Source of the DNA: Heterodontus francisci
Taxonomy: Eukaryota
Assembly: GCF_036365525.1 (NCBI RefSeq)
Contig: NC_090401.1
Coordinates: 55,438,868-55,502,867 of the forward strand
Direction of reading: 5' to 3'
DNA length: 64,000 nucleotides
Shown here: positions 48,691 to 61,540 of the stretch, piece by piece
How positions within the stretch are numbered: the stretch's first letter is position 1
Layout of the letters: every line of letters begins with the position of its first letter
Made by a program: the position numbers and the translations under genes
Notes under the pieces: model-generated
Seen by the model: the letters and a program-made list of their open reading frames with translations, nothing else
Database searches by the model: none
What the model was told of the DNA's origin: nothing

Positions 48691-51600
48691 GCACCATTAA
48701 GAGGTCAAACCAAGAAGTGAGTGAAGACCAAGTATGGCTTGAACTGGAACACTGAGTGCCACTACCATTAATGGCATTAGGTATTGAATATATTGGTGTT
48801 CCTGGTTTATCTCCAGCATGGCATTGCTTACAGTTAGTTTAAGTTCTCAAGTGTGATTTGGATGTATAACTGTTTAACCTTTAAGACCATTGCTTGTGCA
48901 CACCTTATGGGAATCTAGGTAATTATAGTGTAGCCACACCGCAGTGAATATGCATACACAAAGCCCCACAAACAGTACAAGAAATAAGTGAACAGTTAAG
49001 CTTGTTGCTGGTGGTGTTGGTTGAGGGAGGAATGTTGGCCAGGTCACTGAGAGAACTCTCTGCTCCTTTGGATAGTGCCATGATCTGTTTTTTACTCCAC
49101 CTTGGCAGAGACAGAGCCTTAGGTAAATATTTCATTCATAAGGCATTAAATCCACTGTCCAATTGTTTCGGGAGCGTCATCATCTCCAAGTCAGACATTA
49201 TCCTGATGATGACCCAGCTATTCCCTCAATGTTGCTGGCTCAGTATCTGAGAGTTCCCTACATAACGCCCTTGTGGGAGAACCGTCACTATCAGGACTAT
49301 GGTGGTTCAAGGAGAAGGGCCATCGCCACTTCAGGGCACCTAGGGATGAACAATAAATGAGCCTTCCCATAGTCGCCAATATTCATAGAACCAATTCTTA
49401 AGTAATGTCGGAGTTTCATTATTTGGTTTGTAGAAAACTGACAAGTTCTCGACATTTTTTAATATATCCATCTATATAGTAAAAGTCTTGACTATAATTG
49501 TGGACCAATCCACACCTTTATCTCATTTACTTCCTGTCACACCTTCCCCATCACACTTTATTAATAACCCTCTATTGTTATAAAACAATATTTAATCTAA
49601 TTCCCTGCCAGTGTATAGTCCTCAGACCCTTTAAGTGTAACTTCTACTTCTATGACACTTTCCTGACACTTTTTCCAACATACTATTTCTGTCACATCTG
49701 CCCATATACCATTTTTCTATCATGTTTACATATGTGAACTGTGAATTTGGACAGATGACAACAGAGACATTGGAAAGGATGCCTGCCACTCACCCTAACC
49801 TTGTACATAATTGTCATACAAACATACGAATCAGGAGCAGGAGTAGGCCATTCAACAAGATTATCTGATTGTCACCTCAACTCCACATTCCCGCCTACCC
49901 CGATAAATTTTCACCCCCTTGCTTATTAAGAATCTATCTACCTCTGCCTTAAAAATATTCAAAGATTCTGCTTCCACTGCCTTTTGAGGAAGAGTTCCAA
50001 AGACTCACAACCCTCTGAGAGAAAAAAATTCTCCTCATCTCTGCGCAAATAACTTAACAAAACATTCCTTGTGAGAAATAGAAACAGAGAATGCTGAAGT
50101 CAGCAGGTCAAGCAGCATCTGTGGAGAGAGAAACGAAGTTATCTTTCAGGTTGACAAACTTTCATTAGATTCCTCATGAAGAAATTGCAAAATACTTCCC
50201 AATGCAAGGGAAACACTCCAGCATTCTGGATCCTGATTGCTGTGCAGAATGGGTTTGGCTTTTGTGTACTGTGTTTGGATGCCCTGAAAACATTCACTGT
50301 CAAGATTCACTTGAAAAAATGGCCACTCTTTGAGGTATGGTTGGGTGACCAGCACTCTTGGAATTATAGCTCAGTAAGAGAGTTAATGCCTTCAGGAGAG
50401 GAAAAACAATATTCGTCTGAATGATATCTGACTTTGCATATTTTTCCTTGCCACATGTTCTTGCAATATGCAAAAATGTAAACAAATTATCTCCAGGACA
50501 AGGTCACAAGCATCTTATATTCCTCTTGGCCTGGCTTTATTGATAACATTTCTTGGATTGTTTCTGGAATTGGCTCAATGTCTGGAACCCACTGAATTGC
50601 AGACTTTCTTCCTAAGAACATAGGTCTTGAAACTGGGATCCATAGTCCACTCAGAGGGATCCGAGAAGGGATCCCAGGAATCTGACAAGGTTATTAGACC
50701 TGTGCGGGGCTGGGCATACTTTGATCAATGAGCAGTATCTCAAATACTCCATGGGCTGAATTTTCATCCCAATATGGGGGCGAGAACAGAGGCGGGCAGG
50801 CACGTAATTGCACGCTGCCAGATGGCATGCTGTTTTGCTGGCACCATCCTGCCCCTGTCTTGCCTAACTTAATTAAATATGCATAGATGCAATCCATCTG
50901 GAGTAGGGGATTTATCCTCTCTAGGTTTGATTAGTTTGTCAATAATCTCCCTCCTTTCTATCTTAAATTTATTTTTTTATCATTTTTGATCTCTTCTTCT
51001 AATGTCACGTCCACCACATTAGTTTCCCTGGTAAATACAAAGGAACATAATAATTATTTAATACTTCTGACATTTCTGTCATTACCTGAGAGTTTATCAA
51101 GTGTTAGTGGCCCAATCCCTATCCTAATTTTTCTTTTCTTATTTATAAGTCAGTAGAATACCTTACTATTTCTTTTTATATTCCTTGATAGTTTAAACTT
51201 ATAGCTTCTCATTGCCCTCTTAATTTTTTTTTACTTCTTTCCTAGCAGTTTTGTGTTCCCCTTTGCCATCCTCTCCTTTGTTGTCATTGGACTTAATGTA
51301 TGCTTTTTTCTTTAGTTCCATGTTTTCCCATATCTCTATATTCATTCATAGTGTATTATTATTGACTAGTTTGTACTTGCTTTTTCATGGGATATATTTC
51401 TCCTGGACTCTATTGATCATTTTGTTCTCTAGAAAAGAGAAAACTGAGGGGTAAACTGTTAGAGGTCTTCAAGCTGTATGAACATTCTGGGTACAACAGT
51501 GTAAGACATACGGGAGGTCAGGTCAGAGTCCTTAAAGAAGGTTCCTGTACTGAGCACAGGTAGCAAGACAACTTTAGCAGATGATAGAGCTACACAGTAT

Positions 51601-52429
51601 CCAGAAGGTATATTTTTCCCCTTGGAAACCATGAGGAGACTCATAGATGAAAAAGTGGATATATGGAAACATTCAAAAAAGATTATAGTTGCCCATTATT
51701 GGAGAAGCACCTGAAAACATTAATCAATTGCCATATAGTGTTTCACAAGAACATAGGAAAATGCAGAGTGAAGAAATGCCATTCATTCATTCATCGATCC
51801 CACTCCATGCAGAACCCATGTATAATTATTCTATCATAGACTTCCCTAGCACCCTACCGGTTGATCCTCTAATTTAGGGAACACTGATTTCCTTCCCCGA
51901 CTTCTACTGAATGAAAAAACCCAATGTTCTCCACATCTTCATAACTCTAAGCCCTGCGACTCAGCAATGCAGCTCCTTTTTTAAAGGTACCATTTTACCA
52001 TGAATCAAATCCCTTCCCTTAGAGTTTGTTCTACATATCCAGTGGAATTTTTTTTCAAATCTTATGAACACTAAATATAACATAGACATTGTATTCAGTT
52101 GTACTCAGTTATAATGCCAAGAAATATCTTTTTCTGATGGTGTAGTTCTCTCCAGATATGGTCATGTCAATACAAGTAAAACTTATTATTGAACTGTATT
52201 TTTTGAAATAGTTACTTATGAACCTTGAAGTATATGAGAAAGGAATCTTCACTCGATGTCTTTTTTTCTAACATTTTATGTTCATTGTAATGAGGGATGA
52301 TACTGCTGTAGAATTAAACTTCTACCATTCCAGGCACCCATTATCAGCATAAAGCATTTATAGGTAAAGTATAGCATAGCTAGATACCAAGTAAACTTTA
52401 CTCTACCACAAAGATGTGCTTCAGCACTA

Positions 52430-52660
52430 CCCTCCAAGTCACGCATCATCCTGACTTGAAAATATATCACCGTTCCTTCACTGTCACTGGCTGAAAATCC
52501 TGGAACTCCTCCCTAACAACATTGTGGGAACACAGACACCATAAGGACTGCAGCGGTTCAAGAAGGCAGCTCACCTCCACCTTCTCTAGGGCAATTTTGG
52601 ATGGGCAACAAATGCTGGCCTTGCCCACGGCACCCATATCCCACGAGCAAACAAAAGAAC
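52430..52660 (+). mobile_element. LINE 3' tail (same family as 32900-33715)
   Basis: GGACTGCAGCGGTTCAAGAAGGCAGCTCACC...GGGCAA tail. Confidence 0.7.
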
Positions 52661-53329
52661 AGGAGTACCCTGAAATATACCCGTTTGACACGGATCCATT
52701 TTCCAGACCAACCATCCTGCGATTTCCTTGTGTGATATTATCTGTTTTCATTTTGGATCCATGTGCAGTAAGACTTGGACCAAGACTGTCAAACTCATTT
52801 CATATGGGATGCATATGAGACTTACAGTTCATCAGTCTGGAGTGGATTTGAATCCGGATCGCTGAGGCACAAATCCCATGTTTAACCGAGTGCCCAACCC
52901 CCACCCCCAGTGGTTAAATATATAGAACGGATTTATTTTCACAAATTGGAATTTTGCATTTAGGTCGGAGGGAAATTGCGCCGTTTTCTACATTACAACA
53001 GTGATTACACTTCAAAAGTACTTTATTGGCTGTAAAACGTTTTTGGTTGTCATGAGGTTGTGAAAGGGTCTTTAGAAATGCAAATCTTTCTTTATTGGAT
53101 TTTCCAGTTTGCCTTTGTTTCCCTTTCTGTGCTGAAATTGTTGAATCTAGTTGGGGTATGGGACCATGAGCATACCAGTACCTTTTCCAAGTGTGTGTGT
53201 GGCAAGCAGGCTATTCAACCATGAAGGCTACCAAACCAAAGCATAAGCCTATTCTATCAGCCCTTGGTGACATCATCGGAAAATGTGGGTTGTATATGTA
53301 CACCTGACAGCATCCAACTCTGCTGCTTC

Positions 53330-54980
53330 ATCTCACTCAACCCTTCCACTGCTTGTTTAGTATCCAGTCCTAAATATCACCTCCAATAAAACCATAGTTT
53401 TTAATCCCTGCCACAAACTCCATATCCTTGGTACGCTTGTTAACTGCTTCCCTGGCCACTGTCTCAGGGTGAACTAATGTTTCTTATGTTTGCACTCTTG
53501 GCATCCTTTTTGACCTTAAGCTGACCTTCTGACCCCACATTGGCTTCATTGCAAAGATTACCCACTTCCATTTCTGTAACATCCCCTGTCTCTGTCTCAG
53601 CTCCTCCACTGCCAAAACCCCCATCCATGCCTTTGTCAACTCCAGACTTGACAATTCCAGGGCTGTCCTGGCTGGTCTCTCATCCTCCACCCTCCATAAA
53701 TGTCAGCTCATCTAAGACTGAGTTGCCCATCTCCTATCCTGTTCACCCACCACCACAGTGCTTGCTGACCTACATTAACTCCTGGACCTCCTACACCTCA
53801 AGCTTAAAATTCTGATCCTCATGTTTAAATCCCTTCCTAACCTTACTCCTCCTTATCTTTGTAATCTTCTGTAGCCCTACAATCCTTCACGAACTCGTGT
53901 TTCTCCAACTAGCCTCTAGAGCAACCACTATCCTCCCCACCCCCCTCCCCCTCCCCCTCCCCCCCTCACTTTGCCCCACCTTGGGCAACCAAGTTCTCAG
54001 CCATCTAGTTCTACAGTCTGGAATTACTTTCCTATACCTCCCCACCCTCCCACATCCTCCTCTTTGTTATTTTGGACCCATGGTTGGAGTATAACCTGGA
54101 CTAATATGTTTTCTCACACCTGTACTGTCAGCTCTGAGTCCCTCAAAGATTCTTGCTCAGCTCCCCTCACCTTCATCCTCAAAAGCCACCTCTTGAAATA
54201 TCACCTGCAGACACAGAATCAGCTTACACATATATGCCAATGACGCGCATCTCTACCTTTTCAACATTCCTCTTCTGTCTGTCAGATAAGCTGTCAGAGT
54301 TTCATGGGTGAGCTTTAGCATTCTGCGGCTAAACTTTGGACTGATTGAAGGCATCATCTTTAATCCCTGCTACAAACTCTATACCCTTAGCAACAACATC
54401 CTCCTCTCTGGTGACATCAAGCTGAGTTTCATAACTCCATCACAAAGACCACCTACCTCCAACTCCTTACAATTATTCATTTCAACTTTATTTGCGTCCG
54501 CCCCATCTGCAGCCCTTTCACTGCTGAAAGCCCCATTGATGCTCTCATGTCTAACCTCACATCTTCCACAAACTTCAGCTCAGCCTAAATTCTACAGCCT
54601 GACTCCTAAATAAATCCTGCTCAATTGTCATTCCTGTCCTTGTCAGGGTACATTGGCTCCTTATTCTCAATGCCTCAAAATTAAAATCATCTTTATGTTT
54701 AAATCCTTCTGTGGACTCACTGCTCCCTAAATCTGTGCTTTCCTCCAGCCCCACAACATCTCCCGTACACTCCTTCCTTTAACTCTATTGTGCATCACTC
54801 CACATTTTGCCCCTACCATTGGTAACTGTGGCTAGACCCCATGATCTGTAATAGCCACTACACAATCCTCTACCTCACCACCTTCCCCAACCTCTTTTTA
54901 AGACTCTTCCTAAAATCTGCTTCCTTGACCAAGCTTTCAGCCACCTCTGCCTCTGCTAACCGCTCCCTCTTTGGCTCAGT
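53330..54980 (+). mobile_element. Old L2 remnants
   Basis: CCTTTGTCAACTCCAGACTTGAC and GCTGACCTACATT match the 26.8 kb L2. Confidence 0.6.
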
Positions 54981-55274
54981 GCCCATGCACCTTGAGATAT
55001 GTCACACCAAGTGTTCAGCACAGAAACAGGCTATTTAGACCGACAGGTCTATGCTGGCACCTATGGTCCACATAAGTCTCCTCCCACCCCTCTTCATCTC
55101 ATCCTATCAGCACATCCTTCTATTCTTTTCTCCCTCATGTACTTATCTGTCTTCCCCTTAAATGCAACTATACTATTTGCCCCAATATAATAGCCAGTAG
55201 TTCTTGCAGTTCGAAGGCAAGGTACCAAATAAATGCAAGTTTGTGTTTAATAGGAGAGTAATAAGAATGTAAAA

Positions 55275-56450
55275 ACATAGAAGCAGGAGGGGACCATTTG
55301 GCCCCTCGAGCGTAAGACTTCAACCCCACTTTCCTACCTGCTCTCCATATCCCTTGACTCCCTCAGAGACCAAAAATTTATCGATCTCGGTCTTGAATAC
55401 ACTCAATGATGGAACATACACAACTCTCTGGGGTAGAGAATTCCAAAGATTCACAACCGTCTGAGTAAAGAAATTTCTGCTCATCTCAGTCTGAAATGAT
55501 CAGCCCCTTATACTGAGGCTGTGCCCCTGTGTTCTAGATTCCCCAGGCAGGGGAAACAACTTCTCTGGGCTGAATCTTTGCTTTGGGGGCAGGAAACAGG
55601 AACCAGGACTGTTTCTGGGTCCCGAACTAGCCCCCGGTTGGGGGGGGGGGGGTGGGGGAGAACAGTCACTCATTGGGATTTTTACGGAGGTGCCCCCTTG
55701 ACTGGCACGGAGACAGTTCCCTGTCCAATTAAGGGTGGCAGGTGGGCCCTTGAAGCTGGAGGGTCAATCAGAGGCCTTCCAGCTTAAAACAAACAGCAGG
55801 CTGCAATGAAGGGTAAGTAACTGAGAGGGTGCTTCGACATGGAGACACACTCTCACCGGCGTTTTAAAAAATTTAATTAAGAAACAGGAAAAGTAACCAG
55901 GCTACCACTGTCGGTGGTGGGGTGGGGGAGAGGGATATCCATCTACAGGGTGACCTTTGGCTGCATCCACACCCAGGCAGGTTGGGAGGGCCTGTAGTCC
56001 TGCCTGGAGGGTTGGTCAACCCCGGTGTGCTGCTGGGTGCCTGCCTCCAGGCAGTTAAACTGTCCCCACTGTCATGTTGGTAAATTTAAAATTAAAGTGC
56101 CCTTAACAAGAATCTTACTGAACCTTATTGACTACCCACCTCATGGGGGTGGGTAGCCCTGTCGGCTCCGAACCTGCCTCGGCAAAAATGGTCAGCGTGG
56201 GAATGGGGTCGGGAAACCAGCATGTTTGGTCCCTGTCCGCCTCTATTCCCGACCTTGGCGGGGTTCAAAAGTTCTGCCCTCAGTGTTGACCCTGTCAAGC
56301 CCCTTGAGAATCATATGCTTCACTGAGATCACCTCTGATTCTTCTCAACTCCAGAGGGTAAAGGCTCAATTTATTCAACCCTGTCATCCCAGAAACCAAG
56401 TGAACCTTCGCTGTTCTGCCTCCTGTTCCTTCCTTAGACATGGAGATCTT
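55275..56450 (-). mobile_element. CR1 3' end split by a DNA element
   Basis: Similar to 30470-30960; breaks at 55566 and resumes at 56280. Confidence 0.7.
55567..56279. mobile_element. Putative PIF/Harbinger-like MITE
   Basis: Imperfect TIR GGGCTGAATCTTT / AAAAGTTCTGCCC; 3-bp flanks TCT/TCA; inside CR1. Confidence 0.55.
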
Positions 56451-56534
56451 TGAGCTTAAAGGGTGCAGTGTTTAATGGTCTGATTTATGTCTACTCAAGA
56501 TTTGCAATGATGGAAGGCAGCTTTGTGGTTGGTG

Positions 56535-56636
56535 CTCTGCTCCTGTCAATCAACCGGGGCTGCGCCGCCCACTAGCGGCGCCTAGAGGTCGGGGGCGGCG
56601 ACGCGGGTCACGTGGTTCTCAGGGGGGTGGGGAAAA
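56535..56636 (+). promoter_or_regulatory. DNAJC8: DNAJC8 CpG-island promoter
   Basis: CTGTCAATCA 56543-56552; GC boxes; GTCACGTG 56607-56614; YY1-like AAAATGGCGGC overlapping the ATG. Confidence 0.75.
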
Positions 56637-56726
56637 ATGGCGGCTGAGAGCGGAGCGGCGTCTGGAAGCCTGGCTCCCGGGGTAGATTCCGGCGGAGAGG
56701 AAGCTTTTAAACTGTTTCTTACCGAG
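56637..56726 (+). CDS. DNAJC8: DnaJ homolog subfamily C member 8, exon 1
   Basis: MAAESGAASGSLAPGVDSGGEEAFKLFLTE|gtaaag; resembles the human N-terminus ...EEAFMTFYSE. Confidence 0.9.
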
Positions 56727-56964
56727 GTAAAGGCAGCTTGCCGGAAAACGAGCAGGGAAGGGCCTGACTGAATGTTTGCCGCGCCGAGTGGTTTCCTCCT
56801 TCTCTGAGAAAGGCCGCTGCAGCCTGAGGCCTAGGCCTTGCAGAGGCATGGAAATCCTCGTTCGTCTCTCTGATTGTTTTGCTTTATTTTACCCGGCCTA
56901 CTTTTAGATGCAATCTTGAGTATTTTACGTGGTTTTTAATGTCGCAAGCAATACAGCACCTGTC

Positions 56965-57492
56965 AACTGTGGCTCAGTGGGTAAAAGAAAGACTTGCATT
57001 TATATAGCGCCTTTCGCGACCCCTGGACGTTTCAAAGCGCTTTACACAATGAAATGCATTTTTGAAGTGTAGTTACTGTTGTAATGTAGGTAGCACATTC
57101 GACTCTGGAGTCAGAAGGTTGTGGGTTGAAGTCCCACTCCAGGACCTCAGTGCCAATAAAGACTGACACTCCCAGTGCCAGTACTGAGGGAGAGCTGCAC
57201 TGTTGGAGATGCCATATTTCGGATGAGGTGTTAATCCAAGGCCCTGTCTGCTCTCAGGTGGATATAAAAGATCCCATGGCACTATTTCGAAGGAGTGCAG
57301 GGGAGTTACCCTGTTGTACTGGTCAATATCCCTCAATCAACATCACAAAAACATTATTATCGCGTTGCTTGTGGAATCTTGCGTGCAAATTGGCTGCAGC
57401 ATTTCATGCATTACAACACACACTTCAAAAGTACTTCAGTTGGCTGTACAGTGCTTTTAGATGTCTGGTTGTGAAAAGGACTTGTATGCAAT
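56965..57492 (+). mobile_element. DeuSINE-like SINE with an inverted tail fragment in its head
   Basis: Same family as 46509; 56985-57090 is a reverse-complement tail. Confidence 0.65.
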
Positions 57493-57751
57493 GATTAGGA
57501 TTGAATTAATGGGTGATTTAGAAAGGGATGTTTGACAATGTGGATTTTCCACACTGTTGGGTTTGTGTAGTTTCTGGATGATGTGCTTAAGTCCTGGAAT
57601 GGGACTTGAATCCACAACCTTGTGATTTGTAACTTTAAGTGTAGCAAAGTAATTTTTTGCAAAAAAAAGGACAAGTACAGCACTTTAATATCTGACAAGT
57701 AGAAGTTTCCAGAGGTTATCTGAGAGTTCTTGGCAATTTTATAAATCGCAG

Positions 57752-57938
57752 AAGCAAAATACTACAGATGCTGGAAATCTGAAATAAAAACAGAAAATGC
57801 TGGAACTTCACAGCAGGTCTGGCAGCATCTGTGAAGGGAGAAACAATTAATGTTTCAGGATGACCTAAAATGTAGACTCTTTTTCTCTCCACAGATGCTG
57901 CTAGACCAGCAGAGTATTTCTAGAATTTTCTGTTTCAT
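57752..57938. mobile_element. Fold-back Penelope pLTR-derived insertion (degenerate)
   Basis: Inverted arms GCAGCATCTGTG...CACAGATGCTGC; diverged 12-bp TSD TATAAATCGCAG/TATACATAGCAG. Confidence 0.7.
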
Positions 57939-59559
57939 TATACATAGCAGCTCTGACTTCAGGCAGGATTCCTACCAGCGCAGTTGATAGTAGTTGCATT
58001 GACTGGTCCATTAGTATATAATGTCTTGCGGCTCCCCGTGCACCATCTACAACAATAAAAACTGCGTTTATGTTGCATTTTATTGCATTCTCATCTTGCT
58101 GTTAAGCTTTTGTAATCACTGACTTACTTTTGAACTGGTGCCATTCTTAAGGCAATTACAGCAGCCAGTTTGCAAACAGTGCAAATTGGCTGCAGCACTT
58201 CATGCATTACAACAGTGGTTACACTTCAAAAGTACTTCAGTTGGCTGTACGGTGCTTTGAGATGTCTGGTTGTGAAAAGGACTATATATATGAGATGAAT
58301 AACTAGTTATTTTGTTCTTGGTAATAGTTGAAGTGTGAATGGTGTCCTGGACAGTGGCAAAACATTCTCTGTTCCTCTTTGAATAGTGCACTGGACCTTC
58401 CCCTTGCCAGGATAGGTAGACGGAGCTCAAGTTTAAAGTTTAATCTGAGGGATGGCCCTTCTGACAATGCTCTGCTCCAACACTGAACTAAAATATCCAC
58501 TAGATTATGTGCTCAATTCCTGGATTTGGGCTTGAATCTGGAACTTTCTGACTCCAAGATGAGAGTGCTATTTTGAGCCAAGCTATTAAGGCTCCAAATC
58601 AAATTGTTGCTTTACGACTTTCTTGAATTCATAATGATTTGTGGCAGAGCTGGCTGATCAGTTGCTGGATCAATATGCATCTGTTCTCATAACATCAGGA
58701 CACTTGAAATCTCAAAACAGCATTTCAGTTGTATGTCTGTGAAATTGAGCAGCTCTTGTTATGTGCTGATTGGTGCCAACAGAGGGCTTATTGATTCTTT
58801 GTAGGTTTACGTAGGACTACTGAAAGAAACCAACTTTCAGGTCAGTCAGGTTAGTAAGTGGAATACAGATTCCTGTATTTATAGGAAAGGCAAAACACCT
58901 GTCTTCCAGTTAATTTAGAGTTTTATTTGTAAGATATTTGGTTGGATGGGGTTTCACTGTGAACATTGGAACGGGCATTATGAATTTTTTAGCTTAAATT
59001 TGTTAATCACCTCTTTTTTCCCCCCCCCCCCCCCCTCCCCCCAACGCAACCAGGTGGTATTTTCTGAATATGAGAGGGCTGTTCAATGACCTAACTTTTG
59101 ACAGAATTGCGCCTACTCCGTTTTCAACCACCTTGGTGTTTAGTGTCTGTTGGAATGTTGGGCTGGTCATAAATAGTGCTTTGGGATGTTCGGGAGGCTT
59201 GGCAAATGTCACCGATGGTGTATCTTCCCACTGTTTAGAAGTAGTAGTGCTTTTTTTTATTGACTCAAGTTTAGATTTTGACTAGCCGTTGTCTGCAGCT
59301 GTTCACTATCAGAATCTGAAATACGTGCATGATGTAGAGAATCAGTCCAGTGATCTTGATATTTTAGAAGTTTAAAAAAAATCATGTTAGTTGAGGTATT
59401 TTGTTTCTCCTTCCCAATGCTGACCAGTTCATTGCTGACTTTTTAAAATGCAGATACTGCTTAATGCCATTTTTGTGTCTCCAATTTTATGGGAGACATT
59501 GGTGTAGTGGTAATGTCACTGAACTAGTAATCCAGAGGCCCAGGCTAATGCCTGAGGGA

Positions 59560-59761
59560 TAAAAACAAAGTGCTGCAAATACACAGGTTTGGCAGCATCT
59601 GTGGAGAGAGTAACAGTTAACGTTTCAGGTTTGTGACCTTTCATCAGAACCTGAAACGTTAACTGTTTCTCTCTCCACAGATGCTGCCAGATTTGCTGTG
59701 TATTTCTAGCACTTTCTGTTATTTCAGATTTCCAGCATTCACAGTATTTTGCTTTTATTTG
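59560..59761. mobile_element. Fold-back Penelope pLTR-derived insertion with hammerhead motif
   Basis: Long hairpin GGCAGCATCTGTGGAGAGAG..AACAGTTAACGTTTCAGGTT / AACCTGAAACGTTAACTGTT..CTCTCTCCACAGATGCTGCC; diverged TSD AATGCCTGAGGGA/AATGTCCTGGGGA. Confidence 0.8.
59616..59650 (-). ncRNA. Minimal type I hammerhead ribozyme motif, canonical core
   Basis: GTT-CTGATGA-A-AGGT-CACAA-ACCT-GAAACGTT-AAC. Confidence 0.72.
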
Positions 59762-60219
59762 AATGTCCTGGGGACACTGGTTCAAATCCCACCATGGCAG
59801 CTGGTGCAATTTAAATTCAATTAATTAATCTGGAATTGAAAGCTAGTCACAGTAATGGTGCCATGAAACTATCATTGATTGTCATAAAAATCCATCTAGT
59901 TCACTATCCTTTAGGGAAGGAAATCTGCCGCCCTCACTTGGTCTGGCCTTCATTGACTCCAGACTCTCAAGGTGGCTGTCCCTTAATTGTCCTCTGAAAT
60001 GGCCTAGCAAGCCACTCAGTTGTCAAGGGCAATTAAGGATGGGCAGCAAATGTTGGTCTTGCCAGTGACACCATATCCCATGAAAGAATTTTTTTTAAAG
60101 TTCTCTTTTTTTCTGATCTTCGCACTATATAGTGTATAGTTCTCAGTCAGACCTAAAGCAGATCCATAAAAATCTAAATTGTTCAGCTTTTGTTTCCTTT
60201 CCTATCAAACATTGGGTTG

Positions 60220-60500
60220 AGTCACAGAATGAGCGGCAGGCCATTTAAGACTGAGATGAGGAATTTCTTTACTCAGAGGGTGGTGAATCTTTGGAATTCT
60301 CTACCCCAGAGGGCTGTGGAACATACTCAAGGATTGAGTTTCAAGACAAAAATGGATAGATTTCTGGATACCAGTGACATCAAGGGATATGGGGATAGTG
60401 GGGAAAATGGCATTGAGGTAGATGATCATCCATGATCTGTTTAAATGGCAGAGCAGGCTTGACAGGCCGAATGGCCTACTCCTATTTCTATGTTCCGATG
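60220..60500 (+). mobile_element. CR1 3' end
   Basis: RPFKTEMRNFFTQRVVNLWNSLPQRAVE; tail GGCCGAATGGCCTACTCCT. Confidence 0.8.
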
Positions 60501-61005
60501 TTTAGAGTAGGTGCACATTGCAATTACGTTTGGCTTGCACAGCATGTAATATACATGAATGTTACGCATGTGTATCTCTGAACCTGATTTTTGTTAAAAC
60601 AGTGAGAAATTTCAAGGGTGTTTTCCATCAAATTTAGGAGAGAAAAGATTTGTATTGATTCACCATCCAAGGTAAATTTAAGAATTTCTTGGTAGATGTC
60701 AGTAAACCTGATTTTAATCCCTAGGTATGGTATACAGCAACCTACTGTTTGGATACTTACTTGGAAAATGTATTTAATTTGTGTGTATCCAAACACACAA
60801 TATAAAATTAGTAAAAACCTCAGCACAGCAATTAAGCTTCCTGATTGATGATGGAAGAGACATTATTTCTTTTATTAGCCTTTGCTCTCAGTACCGCCTG
60901 AGACTGGTCCAGCAATGTAATAATGTTGCTATTTTAAACTTGCTCTTGGCTCACTCAGTCTGTTACCATTGTTGAGTTGTTGCTTCAGTATTGGGATGTT
61001 ACACT

Positions 61006-61427
61006 TAGAGGCCTGCTCAGGTCGGGAAAAAAGAACCCGACCGAACCACCGTGGACCTGAGCCAGACCCGGCCCGAGCCCCTCTGATTTTGCCCTGAGCC
61101 TGGCCCGACCCGACCATACCTTTACTTACCTTCGGACTAGGAATCTCCACGAAGCTGCAGTGCATGTGCGATGACATCATCGTGACGTCACTCACTCACT
61201 GCGCAGACTCAGTTTTGTCCCGGACTCCCAGCTCAGGTAAGTTTAAAAAAAAAAAAAAATGTCAATACTTACCGGCAAAGCACTTATCGTGTGTCTCCGG
61301 CCCGACCCGACCTGACTCGACTTGGACTCGGCCTGACCCGACCCGAGCCTGAATGTCGTACCCTGAAGATCGACCCGACCCCGACACATGTCGTCTGGTC
61401 CCGTCGGGGTCGGGTAGCAGGCCTCTA
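61006..61427. mobile_element. hAT-type MITE
   Basis: Perfect 12-bp TIR TAGAGGCCTGCT/AGCAGGCCTCTA; 8-bp TSD GTTACACT (60998-61005, 61428-61435); ACCCG arrays. Confidence 0.9.
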
Positions 61428-61540
61428 GTTACACTTGTTGATTTGCGCTTCATTTTCTATTTCTTATGCAAAGAGCCTTTTATCCCTTCTCGCCCATCTG
61501 TTTTTATTTTCCTTGTTCAGTAAGTATAATACCTTGCTAC

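Larger units (their letters stand above)
59492..60090 (+). mobile_element. tRNA-derived SINE whose tail matches the 32900-type LINE; interrupted at 59560-59761
   Basis: A box TGGTGTAGTGG, B box GGTTCAAATCCC, tail AAGGGCAATTAAGGATGGGCA. Confidence 0.7.
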
